64,000 bases of DNA from Marispirochaeta sp. Lineage in GTDB: Bacteria; Spirochaetota; Spirochaetia; JC444; Marispirochaetaceae. The stretch spans positions 1,088,001 to 1,152,000 of the forward strand of contig CAXXFF010000002.1 of the NCBI GenBank assembly GCA_963676835.2, in the 5' to 3' direction. How positions within the stretch are numbered: position 1 is the stretch's first letter; each line of letters begins with the position of its first letter. A program made the position numbers and the translations under genes. Under the pieces are notes generated by a model that was not told the origin of the DNA, made no database searches, and was given only the letters and a program-made list of their open reading frames with translations. Below, piece after piece: positions 37,410 through 47,083 of this stretch.

Positions 37410-38141
37410 ATGAAAGTACATTCCGATCCATGTCTGCAGAATCTCTTTCGCGGCTGGCAGGGCGCGGCGCCTTCCGGGGCGGGGGTTATCTTCCTCGGCC
37501 TCGATGCCAACTGGCCGGATCCCCTGATTAACCTTGGTAACAGGATTATTGATATCTATGAATACCTCGAAGACGGTGCTGCCTGGTGGCACCGGACGGG
37601 GCTGCACCATCCTCTGGCGGATATGAAGGATGTTCCCGGATATTCTTACCACAGAAACTTCCGCAAGCTGGAAATACCGAAGGAGATGGCGGAGGAAATA
37701 AGCTTTGTGGAACTCTACGGGTATGCAACTACCGGGAATCACAATGAAGGGCCGGTAAAAATTGAAACTGTGGCAGACTGCTCCGATGAGCCGCAGGAAA
37801 TACCCGGGGCAAATGTTTTAAACAACTGCTGTCATCATAGAAACCTGGAACGCTGGCTCTGCCGGGACGATGTCCTGGTGTGTCTGCCTTATGGTCAGGT
37901 GGCGAATCTTGCGAAACTGGTTCCCTGTATGGCGGAAAAACTGCCTGCTCCCGGTGAGGTTTTGCGGAATGAACTGTGGCGCCGTAAAAACATCTGTGTT
38001 CATACCCATTTATCCGCAAGTTCGGGGATTTCTGATAAACATATAAACGAGATTTCCGCCCTGATTCATTCGTGGATAACCTGGCGGATAAATAAAAAGA
38101 TAGAATCAACGCTGCAGGAGTTTTCAGCTTCCGGGCGGTAA
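37410..38141 (+). CDS. Hypothetical protein
   Basis: ATG at 37410 after GGAG; the 5' part of the tracked ORF runs through repeats and is probably non-coding. Confidence 0.65.
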   Translation: MKVHSDPCLQNLFRGWQGAAPSGAGVIFLGLDANWPDPLINLGNRIIDIYEYLEDGAAWWHRTGLHHPLADMKDVPGYSYHRNFRKLEIPKEMAEEISFVELYGYATTGNHNEGPVKIETVADCSDEPQEIPGANVLNNCCHHRNLERWLCRDDVLVCLPYGQVANLAKLVPCMAEKLPAPGEVLRNELWRRKNICVHTHLSASSGISDKHINEISALIHSWITWRINKKIESTLQEFSASGR

Positions 38142-38361
38142 AAATTGTATGAGGTGCAAGTTCTTTCTGTTTAGCCACCGCGATAGTAAAGCAATAGAGA
38201 TATGCGTAGCGCTGAATTCGCATCACCGTGACTGGAACAAAGTGATCAGTTTGCCGCAATAATCATTTAAAAAGTTTGCAGCAGTCCGGATAATCCGCCA
38301 ATAATAAAGTAGTACCATCAAAAGTATCTATCCGGAAAATCAACACTGGTGAGAGGATTGA

Positions 38362-41097
38362 ATGCAACGTTTTGTAATACTGTTTCTGCTGACTGTTTTT
38401 ATTTTCTGTCCGATATTTGGAGATGACACCCAATCTCGAACCGCCCTGATAATCGGCAACTCAAACTATGCATCTTCCCCCCTGAAAAACCCGGTGAATG
38501 ATGCCTCCGCAATGGCGGAACGGCTCTCCACCCTCGGATTTGATGTTACCCTGAAAACGGATGTAAGCCTTTCCGAAATGGAGTCTTCTGTACGGCGCTT
38601 TGCGGCGGATCTGGAAAAAAATAAAGGCGTGGGGCTTTTTTTCTACGCCGGCCATGCGGTTCAGGTGGACGGCTACAACTATCTTATTCCCCTGGGCCCC
38701 GGGATAGAATCGGAAGAGGAAATCAAGTTTCATGCCTATAACGCAGGTCAGATACTGGAGAGTATGGAGGGAGCCGGGAACGGCGCCAATCTGATATTTC
38801 TGGATGCATGCAGGGATAATCCCTTTGCCGCATCTTTCCGCAGTTCCAGCCGGGGACTCCGAATGGTGGAAGCTCCTTCGGGGTCTCTGATTGCCTATGC
38901 CACGGCGCCGGGTAAAACAGCTGCAGATGGGGAAGGTTCCAACGGAGTGTTTACTGAAGCTCTGCTGAAACACATTGAAGAACCGGAAATCGATGTGGAG
39001 GTTCTGCTGCGGGATGTCCGGGCTGAAGTGATTGAAAAGACAGACGGGAAACAGACTCCCTGGACTTCGTCATCCCTGATTACTCCCTTCTATTTTGCAG
39101 ATTCCGCCCTGATCCTCTCCCGCATAGCTGCCCGTAAAGAGGCGGTTTCCGCAGAGCTTGTTACGATCAACGGTGAGATTGAACGACTTACCAGGGCACG
39201 CAATTCTGCTGTCTCGGATTCTGAACGCAGAAAGCTTGAGCTCGAGCAGAATGCCCAGGCTGCAAAACTGGAAGCCGCCCGTCTTGAGGCTGAACAGCTG
39301 CAGCAGGAAGAAGCACGGCAGAAGCTTGAGGCGGAGCAGCGGGCTAAAGAAGAGGCTGCCAGAACCCGGGCCCTGGAAGAGGAAAGGTCTCAGCAGGCGA
39401 ATCTTCTCGCGGAAGCTGAGCAGAAGCGGAAGGAGATGGAATCCCTGAAGCAGGCGGGAGAAGATCCTGATCTGCTTCTGGATAACATCCATTCCCTGGA
39501 GGAGGCGATTAAGGATATTGAACGCTCCTTCAATTCGGCCTGGTCTGCAATATCCCGTGAAATATCTTCTACTTATCAGCTGAAAAAAGAAGCTGTTGAT
39601 ACCATTGAAATGGACCCCTGGGAGAGTGATGCGGAGTTTAATGAACGCATCGGGAAGCTGAAAAACAACCTCACTACCCAGGAGCGTAGTGAGCTATCCA
39701 GTCGCCGTGTTTCCCATGATAAAAGCCTGGAGGAACAGCTTGCAGACCTGAAGCGCCGTCTGTCAGAGGCTGTCCGTTCTCTGGAGACAAAACGCTGGAC
39801 CCTTTCCGGCAGCGAAGTAAATCTGACACCCTATGATTTTAACCGGGATACCAAAGAGTGGGCATTCTGTGTTGAATCGCTCGAGCGCTCGGTGCCCTTT
39901 AAAACTGTTCTTTCAGTCTCGTTGGCCGAAGCGGAAGACCTGCGTACTGCGTATCAGATTATTGATACTGCAATTAAAAGCTCTGCCCTGTCGGGCAGGA
40001 TAGAATATGCCTACGATCACCGGACTGAGTATTCCGGTTCTGTTTCCATGTATGATCTGCAGGTAAAATCTGTACGAATAATTGATCTGCTGGATAACAA
40101 CAGCATTGTTGTTCAGGATAACGCCTCTACAATTATCAGCACCTTTGGAGGTATTGATCAGCGGAAAGAGCCGCTAAACCGGTTTTCCAATATACGATTC
40201 TGGTGCAGTGATACTCAGCTTGATGTCTATTATAAAGGTGCCTTACTTGGTACGACCCCCTTCAGTACCAATCTGTTTCTGGAGGGACAGTATCCACTGC
40301 TGTTAAAGACAAAAAACGGAAAGACTCCCGGAGGCACCCGGGTTGTACAGGTTCCCGGAGGATCAAATAGAAGTGTCCAATTGGAAACTCCCTTTGTGTA
40401 TGTGCAGGGAGGGTTCTTCAAGATGGGGGACCCCCGGGGATCTGCGGATGAAAAACCGGAGCATAGTGTATATGTTTCTTCTTTTATAATGGCCAAATAC
40501 GAACTTACAAAAGGCCTACAGCATGAAGTATTGGGAAGGTATGGCTCGGTGAGCGAAGCAGACCGTGAAAAGCCTGCCACCTATATTTCCTGGATTGATG
40601 CTCTTGAATTCTGCAATAAACTGAGTAATCAGGAAGGGCTGGAACCTGTGTATACCGTCAATGGCAGTTATGTGCATTGGGATAAAGATAAAAACGGTTA
40701 CCGGCTGCCAACAGAAGCTGAATGGGAATATGCTGCCAGGGGCGGTGCGTTGAAGGATGATGTAAATTACTCCGGCAGCAGTGATTTAGGCATTGTCGGT
40801 TGGTATAAAAATAATAGTCACGAACAGCTTCAACCCGTGGGGCGGAAGAGGCCCAACGGCTTGGGGCTCTATGATATGAGCGGTAATGTCTGGGAGTGGT
40901 GCTGGGATCGATATGGAGAATATACTTCTTCCACCGCTTCGGATCCTCAGGGGCCCTATTCCGGTGACAGCCGGGTACTTCGAGGCGGGGATTATAATCA
41001 GAGTGCCTCCTATTGTGATGTATATAACAGGTACGATAAAGAACCGGGAGAGCGGTCCACCACAATAGGCCTGCGGCTGGTGCGGAATGCGGAGTAG
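38362..41097 (+). CDS. Secreted caspase-like (peptidase C14) protein with coiled coil, PEGA-like and FGE-sulfatase (SUMF1) domains
   Basis: Signal peptide; ALIIGN.NY, YAGHA, LDACR; RLPTEAEWEYAARGG, GLYDMSGNVWEW, RGG..G.RLV. Confidence 0.9.
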   Translation: MQRFVILFLLTVFIFCPIFGDDTQSRTALIIGNSNYASSPLKNPVNDASAMAERLSTLGFDVTLKTDVSLSEMESSVRRFAADLEKNKGVGLFFYAGHAVQVDGYNYLIPLGPGIESEEEIKFHAYNAGQILESMEGAGNGANLIFLDACRDNPFAASFRSSSRGLRMVEAPSGSLIAYATAPGKTAADGEGSNGVFTEALLKHIEEPEIDVEVLLRDVRAEVIEKTDGKQTPWTSSSLITPFYFADSALILSRIAARKEAVSAELVTINGEIERLTRARNSAVSDSERRKLELEQNAQAAKLEAARLEAEQLQQEEARQKLEAEQRAKEEAARTRALEEERSQQANLLAEAEQKRKEMESLKQAGEDPDLLLDNIHSLEEAIKDIERSFNSAWSAISREISSTYQLKKEAVDTIEMDPWESDAEFNERIGKLKNNLTTQERSELSSRRVSHDKSLEEQLADLKRRLSEAVRSLETKRWTLSGSEVNLTPYDFNRDTKEWAFCVESLERSVPFKTVLSVSLAEAEDLRTAYQIIDTAIKSSALSGRIEYAYDHRTEYSGSVSMYDLQVKSVRIIDLLDNNSIVVQDNASTIISTFGGIDQRKEPLNRFSNIRFWCSDTQLDVYYKGALLGTTPFSTNLFLEGQYPLLLKTKNGKTPGGTRVVQVPGGSNRSVQLETPFVYVQGGFFKMGDPRGSADEKPEHSVYVSSFIMAKYELTKGLQHEVLGRYGSVSEADREKPATYISWIDALEFCNKLSNQEGLEPVYTVNGSYVHWDKDKNGYRLPTEAEWEYAARGGALKDDVNYSGSSDLGIVGWYKNNSHEQLQPVGRKRPNGLGLYDMSGNVWEWCWDRYGEYTSSTASDPQGPYSGDSRVLRGGDYNQSASYCDVYNRYDKEPGERSTTIGLRLVRNAE

Positions 41098-41180
41098 CTT
41101 AACCTGACACGTTCAGAACATGACTGGAGCTGTCGGTAATTCGTCGAGCTGCAAATGGCAGTTCTGCGTGTAAATAGAGA

Positions 41181-41210
41181 ATAAATTTTTTTAATCAATC
41201 TTTTTCCCAC
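41181..41210 (+). promoter_or_regulatory. Shared upstream motif, copy A
   Basis: ATAAATTTTT-TTAATCAATC-TTTTTCCCAC. Confidence 0.6.
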
Positions 41211-41282
41211 TGACTGAAATATATGCCGGAGTACGGAACCAAAGCTGCCGTGGGGAGACGCAATATATCAGGAGAAGATTAT

Positions 41283-43454
41283 ATGAATATAACAGATGTG
41301 AAGGAAAGTATTAAAGCATTAAAGAATCCGGATCTTGATATTGGCGTTCTTGAGAAAAAGATGAGCGAAATTGCTCAGTTTTTTCATACAAACGGGGCGC
41401 CGGATAATAATGAAATCTTTTCCTGGTTCGGCGACCTTGTTCCACAGTATGCAGTGAGTGACACTGACAGCTGCACCAGGCTGAAGGATATTTTCGGCGA
41501 AATATTTTCCCGACGGGGATCACGGCGGGAGCGCAGGCTAAGGCTTCGTGAGCTTGAGGCTCTTCTCGATTTTTATCGCCGCTACAGTTCCGCCTCTACG
41601 GCTCTATTTGAATGGCTTAACGAAAACGGTGAGGGCGGGTTGGATATCAGCAGCCTGAATCACGAACTCTTCAGTATAGAAGAGGGAACAGAATCAGACC
41701 TGCAGGCTGGTTTCCTTTCTCTCCTGGCAGAACTATCACCCCGCTTTTCTGTAGAATGGATAGAGCAGATGCAGGCTCTGCCTGTACAGGGGAAACTCAC
41801 CCTCCTTGAGCTGCCACCGCTTGAGGAGCTGACCGGCATACTGTTTGAGCTTCAGAATAGAGCTCGAAGGGAGGGCTTACTTGCTTTGGAGGATGTTCTG
41901 GAGCAACTGCCGCCGCTGTTAACCGCTTTTTTCCGGCTGGTAGTGGACGGGACACCCCCGGACCTTCTCGATTCAGGTATGGACCGATATTTTTCCAGCC
42001 TGGAACGGCGACTGAATGAGTATCAGGAGATTGTTGCCGATGGGGCGCAGATGGTTGCGAAAGGGATAAACCGGATGGTAATCGAAGAGCTCTGCCGGAA
42101 GCCTTCAATGCTCAACCTGTTTTCCAGTCCCGATGAGGCTGCTTCGATGGAGGGCGGCGCCAGGAACGGTTCTGGTTTGAATAGTGAACAGGATTCTATC
42201 ATCAATATTCTGATTTCAATGGCAGATGTCACACGGAGGGAAGGTTTGCTGGCTCTGCAGTGGTTCCCCACAGAGGGGCTGCCCGATGCATTAATAAACC
42301 TGCCCGAAATAATCCTCGAGTGTGCTGATGATTCAGATTTGTTAGGCTATATGCTCGCCAGGATCTTCTCTCAACTTAAAGATACTCTCTTTCATGCCAA
42401 AATGATTACCACCAGTATGATCCGGATTATCTATCAGGGGGAAAGCCCGTCTGCTTCGGAGGATCTTTTTAAGATTATCTCCGGCAGGACTGAAGGGACA
42501 GCCGGATTTTCCGGTATAGCGGATATGGTGGTGGATTGTGTGCGGAACAGTGAGCAGCCTTTTCAGCTCCTGCTCCATCTGCAGGATTACTGTACTGCTG
42601 CAGCCGACTATGCGGGAGCACTGCGGCGTTTAAGCCATATGGCAGAGGATAAAGAACTAACGGCACTTTTAACAGCGCAAATTGAAGAGCATGGAGCCTC
42701 TTTTCCCTCTCTGGTAAGAGATAGGAAAGCCCAGCTAATTTGTATTAACGGTGAAGAAGAGGCTTCCCTCAGGCGTATAGAAATGCAGATTAATACGTAT
42801 AAGATTGAACAGGATAAACGTGATGCGGAAAAAACACCCGCATTGGAGAATCTTCATCTGATTGCAGATGCGGAAAAACTGGAGCAGTTTTCCCTTTTTC
42901 TACTGGAGAGTTATGCCCGCCGGCAGCAGGAGCAGGAGAGAGTTTTTTCTGAGTTAAGGAATGCGGAAAGAGCCCGGATACAGACCGCCGCCGGAGAGAT
43001 CTTCGGCCGGGAATTACCGGTTTTTGAATTTACCGGTGAGGATACAGAAATTACCTATGCAGAAAAACTCTTTCCCCGCAGCCGTGTGGGGATGGCGGCA
43101 CTTATTCGTGATCGATTTTCCGATGAGGACGTGCAGAATCTTCTGGCAAAGATGACTGTGTTTAATGATGTTCTGCTGCTGAATGATCGCGATATGCAGA
43201 AGCTGCTGCGGGAGCTAGCCATTGAAGATCTCGCTCTTGCTTTAAAAGGGGCCGACGAAGAGGTTGTTGAAAAGTTCTACAGGAATATCTCGCAGAGAGC
43301 AGCCGCCGTCCTTCAGGAAGAAATGGTGTATATGGGTCCTGTTGCGGTTACGAAGGTTCGGGAGGCTCAGGATCGCATACTTCAGATTTTGCAGAAGCTT
43401 GAAGAGCAGGGTGAAATTACACTCCCCTGCCCGGAAGGTGAAGGATGGGTGTAG
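41283..43454 (+). CDS. Soluble protein with two MotA-like cytoplasmic segments and a FliG C-terminal domain
   Basis: ARREGLLALE..LVVDG and TRREGLLALQ; C-terminal FND...L.DRDMQK.LRE...LALALKGA..NISQRAA..LQEEM..MGPV...V.EAQ..I...LEEQGEI; RBS AGGAG (alternative start 41223). Confidence 0.82.
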   Translation: MNITDVKESIKALKNPDLDIGVLEKKMSEIAQFFHTNGAPDNNEIFSWFGDLVPQYAVSDTDSCTRLKDIFGEIFSRRGSRRERRLRLRELEALLDFYRRYSSASTALFEWLNENGEGGLDISSLNHELFSIEEGTESDLQAGFLSLLAELSPRFSVEWIEQMQALPVQGKLTLLELPPLEELTGILFELQNRARREGLLALEDVLEQLPPLLTAFFRLVVDGTPPDLLDSGMDRYFSSLERRLNEYQEIVADGAQMVAKGINRMVIEELCRKPSMLNLFSSPDEAASMEGGARNGSGLNSEQDSIINILISMADVTRREGLLALQWFPTEGLPDALINLPEIILECADDSDLLGYMLARIFSQLKDTLFHAKMITTSMIRIIYQGESPSASEDLFKIISGRTEGTAGFSGIADMVVDCVRNSEQPFQLLLHLQDYCTAAADYAGALRRLSHMAEDKELTALLTAQIEEHGASFPSLVRDRKAQLICINGEEEASLRRIEMQINTYKIEQDKRDAEKTPALENLHLIADAEKLEQFSLFLLESYARRQQEQERVFSELRNAERARIQTAAGEIFGRELPVFEFTGEDTEITYAEKLFPRSRVGMAALIRDRFSDEDVQNLLAKMTVFNDVLLLNDRDMQKLLRELAIEDLALALKGADEEVVEKFYRNISQRAAAVLQEEMVYMGPVAVTKVREAQDRILQILQKLEEQGEITLPCPEGEGWV

Positions 43455-43516
43455 TGCCCTGACAACGGCGGAGTCAGGGGATGCCATTTCGACTCCCTGA
43501 AAGGTTTTGAAAACTT

Positions 43517-46198
43517 CTATACATTCACATCAAACCAGAACGCCGCCGCTTCCTGCTCAATCCCGGCTGTCATCCCACGCCATATCGCGCCGTACTGCAT
43601 CTTCTCCGCGGCAAACTCCATGTTCAGTTCATTTGTCAGCCGGAAGACGCGGTATTCTCCGGGATCATGTTCACCGGTCAGGTTATTGCGTATTATCCTG
43701 GGTACATACAGCGGGGCGTCGCCGTCAATAAGGTGATATTCGCCGTACCCGGGAATCCCTGGTCCTGCAGCGCTGTCATTTGCCCTGAAGACTGTATCCA
43801 GAATGGGTTGCAAGGTTTCATCCGGCAGTTCCTGCTCCATCAGCCACTCATAGGCCATTCTGTTGGCTGCAGCTTCTTCAAGCCGGCAGAAGTATCCGGC
43901 CTTGTCCGCATGCATGTGGCTGCAGGCATCGTTGCCAAGCACTGTTTCCATAAAAGTGTGGAATAGTTCATGCACTGCAATTGAGCGTATAAGGGGCTCT
44001 ATACTCTCTCTATCCAGGCCTTGTCTGTGAATCAGTTCTATTATTCTGACTGCATTGAAGTATATTCCCGAGCGGTGCTTACGTTCATTGTCCAGGGAGC
44101 AACGCAGCAGATAGCAGGCGAAATAATCGGCGGTTTCTTCCGGGCCGGTTTTATCAAAAACTATCGGTTCCCTGCCTGCAGGTTCGCTCTTCAGCCGGTT
44201 GAGTATGGTTCCTATCTGGCCGGTAGATTCTGCAGCCCGTAATTTTCTGGGGTCCGGGCCTTCAAAAATTTCCCGTATCATCTGGTGCTTCCGGCTGGGG
44301 TCTTTTCCCGGTTCCGGGCTGCTCATTTGTTCAGCTTTCTCTGCAGATAGAGCCCGGGCTTTCTCCAGGGACTCTTCCAATGCGGAACTTCCGGCGGTGC
44401 TCTGTTTAAAAAGAGATACCACCTCCGACAGACTTAAGGGCCCCGGCTGGCGTGGTGATACCGGGGGCTGTTCCGGCTTTTCCGGTTCTGCCGGAATAAG
44501 CGGTTCTGCTGCTGCCGGGTCTTTTTGCCCGGGTAAATCAAGGGTGCTTTTCATGGTAAAGGTGGTCAGCCCTTTTATGTCTGGAGGCGCTTCGGGAGCT
44601 TTAAGGTCTGCCAGAACGCTGTTTTCTTCTTTGAATCCAGCAAGAAAACCAAGGAGTTCATGGTCTTCCTTTTTTTCAGCCTCCTCTCTCAATGCTTTTG
44701 CCAGTCTGTAGGCGACGTTTGGAGGTTGACAGGCTTCTAAGAGGCCTGTCAGTCCGTCGAGGTTGAAAAATCCGCCGTCCTTTCCATCTTCACCTTTTTC
44801 TTCCTGAATAAAGGATTTGAGAGATCCGAAGTTGATTCGGAACTTCCTGTCCTCCTCGGAAATGTCTTTTCCACTGGCAAAGGGGTTGCTTGTGGCTGGA
44901 TTGTCCTGCAGGGTGGCTCTCATTTTGTTCTGGCAGGATTCAAGTGAGTAGCCCGTCCGTTCCGCGGTGAGCAGAATATCAGTGCCTAATAGCTTTACAT
45001 AGGTGCTCTGATGATCAAGAAGCTTTGTGACAACCTGGAGCTGGTTCTGATTAATTTTTTTCTCACTGACTATTCTAAGCATCAGCGGGGTAAAGGCTTC
45101 GGTAACTGTGTGGTAGGCAGACGGTTTGTGCAGACTTCCGGGAAAGGGTCTGCTTAAAAATTCTATACCCGATATAAACGGATCGGGAACTGCAGTACTG
45201 CCGGATAGAATGAACTCCGCAAGCCCGAGCTGAAGCAGGGCAGCCTCTTCGTAGGTATTGTTTTTTAAGGGCGATTGATTTTGAAGAATCCTAACCAACG
45301 GCGGGTTTCTCCGGATGGTATCACTGTTGAGATACAGGCCCGCAAGCCGAATAAGATGATTTCGCAGCAATGGCGAATCGCCTGTAAGCAAGTTTGAGAA
45401 CTCAGTCAGGGGGATTGGAAAATCTGCACCGGTATTTCCGGCAACGGTAAAAACCCAGTCCAGTTCGGTATCGCCGATCCTGCCGGACACAAGCAGATCA
45501 ATCCAGCCCCGAACCCGGCGCTTAACAGTTTCAGTTGTTTTTATTCCGGCGGTATAGGCTTTGCGGGCAGCGTTGAGAAAGGATGTGTAGTTTTCGCAGC
45601 GCAGCTTAAGCACATCTTTCCAGGACTCTATTTCCGGGTAGATCCTTAAAGGGTCGTTCCAGCCGGATATGGCGGCGAAAATACGGTCCCACACCCAGGA
45701 GCTCTGTTCTGTTGCTTTTGCTGTGCGGATAAGCTCTTCAATTTTGTCATCCATGTCGGAAGCGGAAAGCATAAGGTTTATGGCGGCCCAGTATTTCCTT
45801 CCCCGCAGCCGTTCTTCCTCTTCGGTTTCCGGATGAGCACAGAAGCGTACCAGAAACAGCACATCATCATCGGTTTCCGCTTCTCCGAAGAGGCCGAAAA
45901 TCTCTTTGCTGATCTCTATGGATTGGGCCGCAGTATAGTAAAGGTTCAGCAGCGCCTTTTCGCTGAGAAGGTCGTTTCCGGCAAAAAGACAGGCTCCCAG
46001 AAATTCTGTAATATTTTTTTCGGGTACGGATTCGCTTTTCCCGGTGTTGTAGATTTCCTTTTGGATTTCCAGCAGTTTTTCTTCGTCCTTCTCAGTGGAA
46101 AACCCGAGGCTTGCAAGAAGCTCAATTGCCGGTTCTCTGTTATTCTCAGGCTTGTCCGGGGAAAACTTTATTAATGACATTGAAGCCTCCTGCGCCAT
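43517..46198 (-). CDS. Large hypothetical protein: helical N-terminal region, Pro-rich linker, C-terminal HExxH metallopeptidase-like domain
   Basis: 893 aa; IAVHELFH (HELFH at 43958-43972) followed by LEEAAAN. Confidence 0.7.
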   Translation of the reverse strand: MAQEASMSLIKFSPDKPENNREPAIELLASLGFSTEKDEEKLLEIQKEIYNTGKSESVPEKNITEFLGACLFAGNDLLSEKALLNLYYTAAQSIEISKEIFGLFGEAETDDDVLFLVRFCAHPETEEEERLRGRKYWAAINLMLSASDMDDKIEELIRTAKATEQSSWVWDRIFAAISGWNDPLRIYPEIESWKDVLKLRCENYTSFLNAARKAYTAGIKTTETVKRRVRGWIDLLVSGRIGDTELDWVFTVAGNTGADFPIPLTEFSNLLTGDSPLLRNHLIRLAGLYLNSDTIRRNPPLVRILQNQSPLKNNTYEEAALLQLGLAEFILSGSTAVPDPFISGIEFLSRPFPGSLHKPSAYHTVTEAFTPLMLRIVSEKKINQNQLQVVTKLLDHQSTYVKLLGTDILLTAERTGYSLESCQNKMRATLQDNPATSNPFASGKDISEEDRKFRINFGSLKSFIQEEKGEDGKDGGFFNLDGLTGLLEACQPPNVAYRLAKALREEAEKKEDHELLGFLAGFKEENSVLADLKAPEAPPDIKGLTTFTMKSTLDLPGQKDPAAAEPLIPAEPEKPEQPPVSPRQPGPLSLSEVVSLFKQSTAGSSALEESLEKARALSAEKAEQMSSPEPGKDPSRKHQMIREIFEGPDPRKLRAAESTGQIGTILNRLKSEPAGREPIVFDKTGPEETADYFACYLLRCSLDNERKHRSGIYFNAVRIIELIHRQGLDRESIEPLIRSIAVHELFHTFMETVLGNDACSHMHADKAGYFCRLEEAAANRMAYEWLMEQELPDETLQPILDTVFRANDSAAGPGIPGYGEYHLIDGDAPLYVPRIIRNNLTGEHDPGEYRVFRLTNELNMEFAAEKMQYGAIWRGMTAGIEQEAAAFWFDVNV

Positions 46199-46334
46199 GA
46201 ATTATAGTCATATAGTTCCATTGGTAAAATAGTCGGGGAGCATTCATATTTACGGCAGAATTTTAGATACAGCAAAGAGTGAACTCCTTACCGCCGATGC
46301 CGACTTTGATGCACTGCTTAAAAGGCGCGCTCCT

Positions 46335-47066
46335 GTGTCTGATCTTGCCGACTGTATCCGTACACGTTTTTTTCCCGTTGCATTTCTGTATGCCCATACA
46401 ATTCTCCGCCGCAGATTCTCCGGAGAAGAACTCTATGACCGCTCGGCGGAGCTGGCGCAGAAGGGGATAAATGATCAGCTGCACAGGCTTGCAGCTGGAG
46501 AGTTCAACTTTGCCGGAAGAAGTAAATACTCTTCTTACCTCTACGGCATTCTTGTAAAAATGGTAAACGCCCGGGTCAAAACTCCTGTCCCGATTATGCG
46601 AAAAGGATTCCCCGCCCATGAGGTGTATCAGATGGCCTTTGGCGGATGGTCCGACCGGGAAATTCTGTCCGAGATGGTCTTTAACCGTGGAGCGCAGGAA
46701 GCTGCAGTAAAGAAAGCCATTGCCGACACACGGAAATACCTGGCGGAAAAGAGTCCCAAAGAATATGATGCGGATATTACCCTTGAATCCTACGATGCAA
46801 TACTCGAGGAGCCTGCCTTGGGCAGGGAACCGGGAACCCGGAGTTCTGCCCTGGATGATGTTATTCATGCGGAAACCTATGAAGCTCTGCATGATGCCAT
46901 AGATTCCCTGAACGATACCGAAAGGCAGCTTATCGAAGACCATTTCTTTATGGAGCAGCCCCTTAAGGAAATCGGGGCAAGGCTTTGTATTACAAATCCT
47001 GTGTACGAAAAGAACAAAGCTCTTCAGAAAATGGGCAGCAGTCTGAGAGACCGTCTTCCGGAATAA
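46335..47066 (+). CDS. Atypical sigma-70/ECF-like factor
   Basis: Region-4 HTH LHDAIDSLNDTERQLI...FF.EQPLKEIGARL....KALQKM; region-2-like SKYSSYLYGI; start uncertain (frame open from 46233). Confidence 0.7.
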   Translation: MSDLADCIRTRFFPVAFLYAHTILRRRFSGEELYDRSAELAQKGINDQLHRLAAGEFNFAGRSKYSSYLYGILVKMVNARVKTPVPIMRKGFPAHEVYQMAFGGWSDREILSEMVFNRGAQEAAVKKAIADTRKYLAEKSPKEYDADITLESYDAILEEPALGREPGTRSSALDDVIHAETYEALHDAIDSLNDTERQLIEDHFFMEQPLKEIGARLCITNPVYEKNKALQKMGSSLRDRLPE

Positions 47067-47083
47067 ACTCCGAGAATCCCGCA

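Noticed and set aside
40970..41200. Diversity-generating retroelement targeting the FGE domain
   Set aside because: No template repeat or reverse transcriptase seen in the window; a remote DGR cannot be excluded
41283..43454. Calling this gene fliG or motA
   Set aside because: Lacks the FliG N and M domains and the MotA TM helices; not in a flagellar operon
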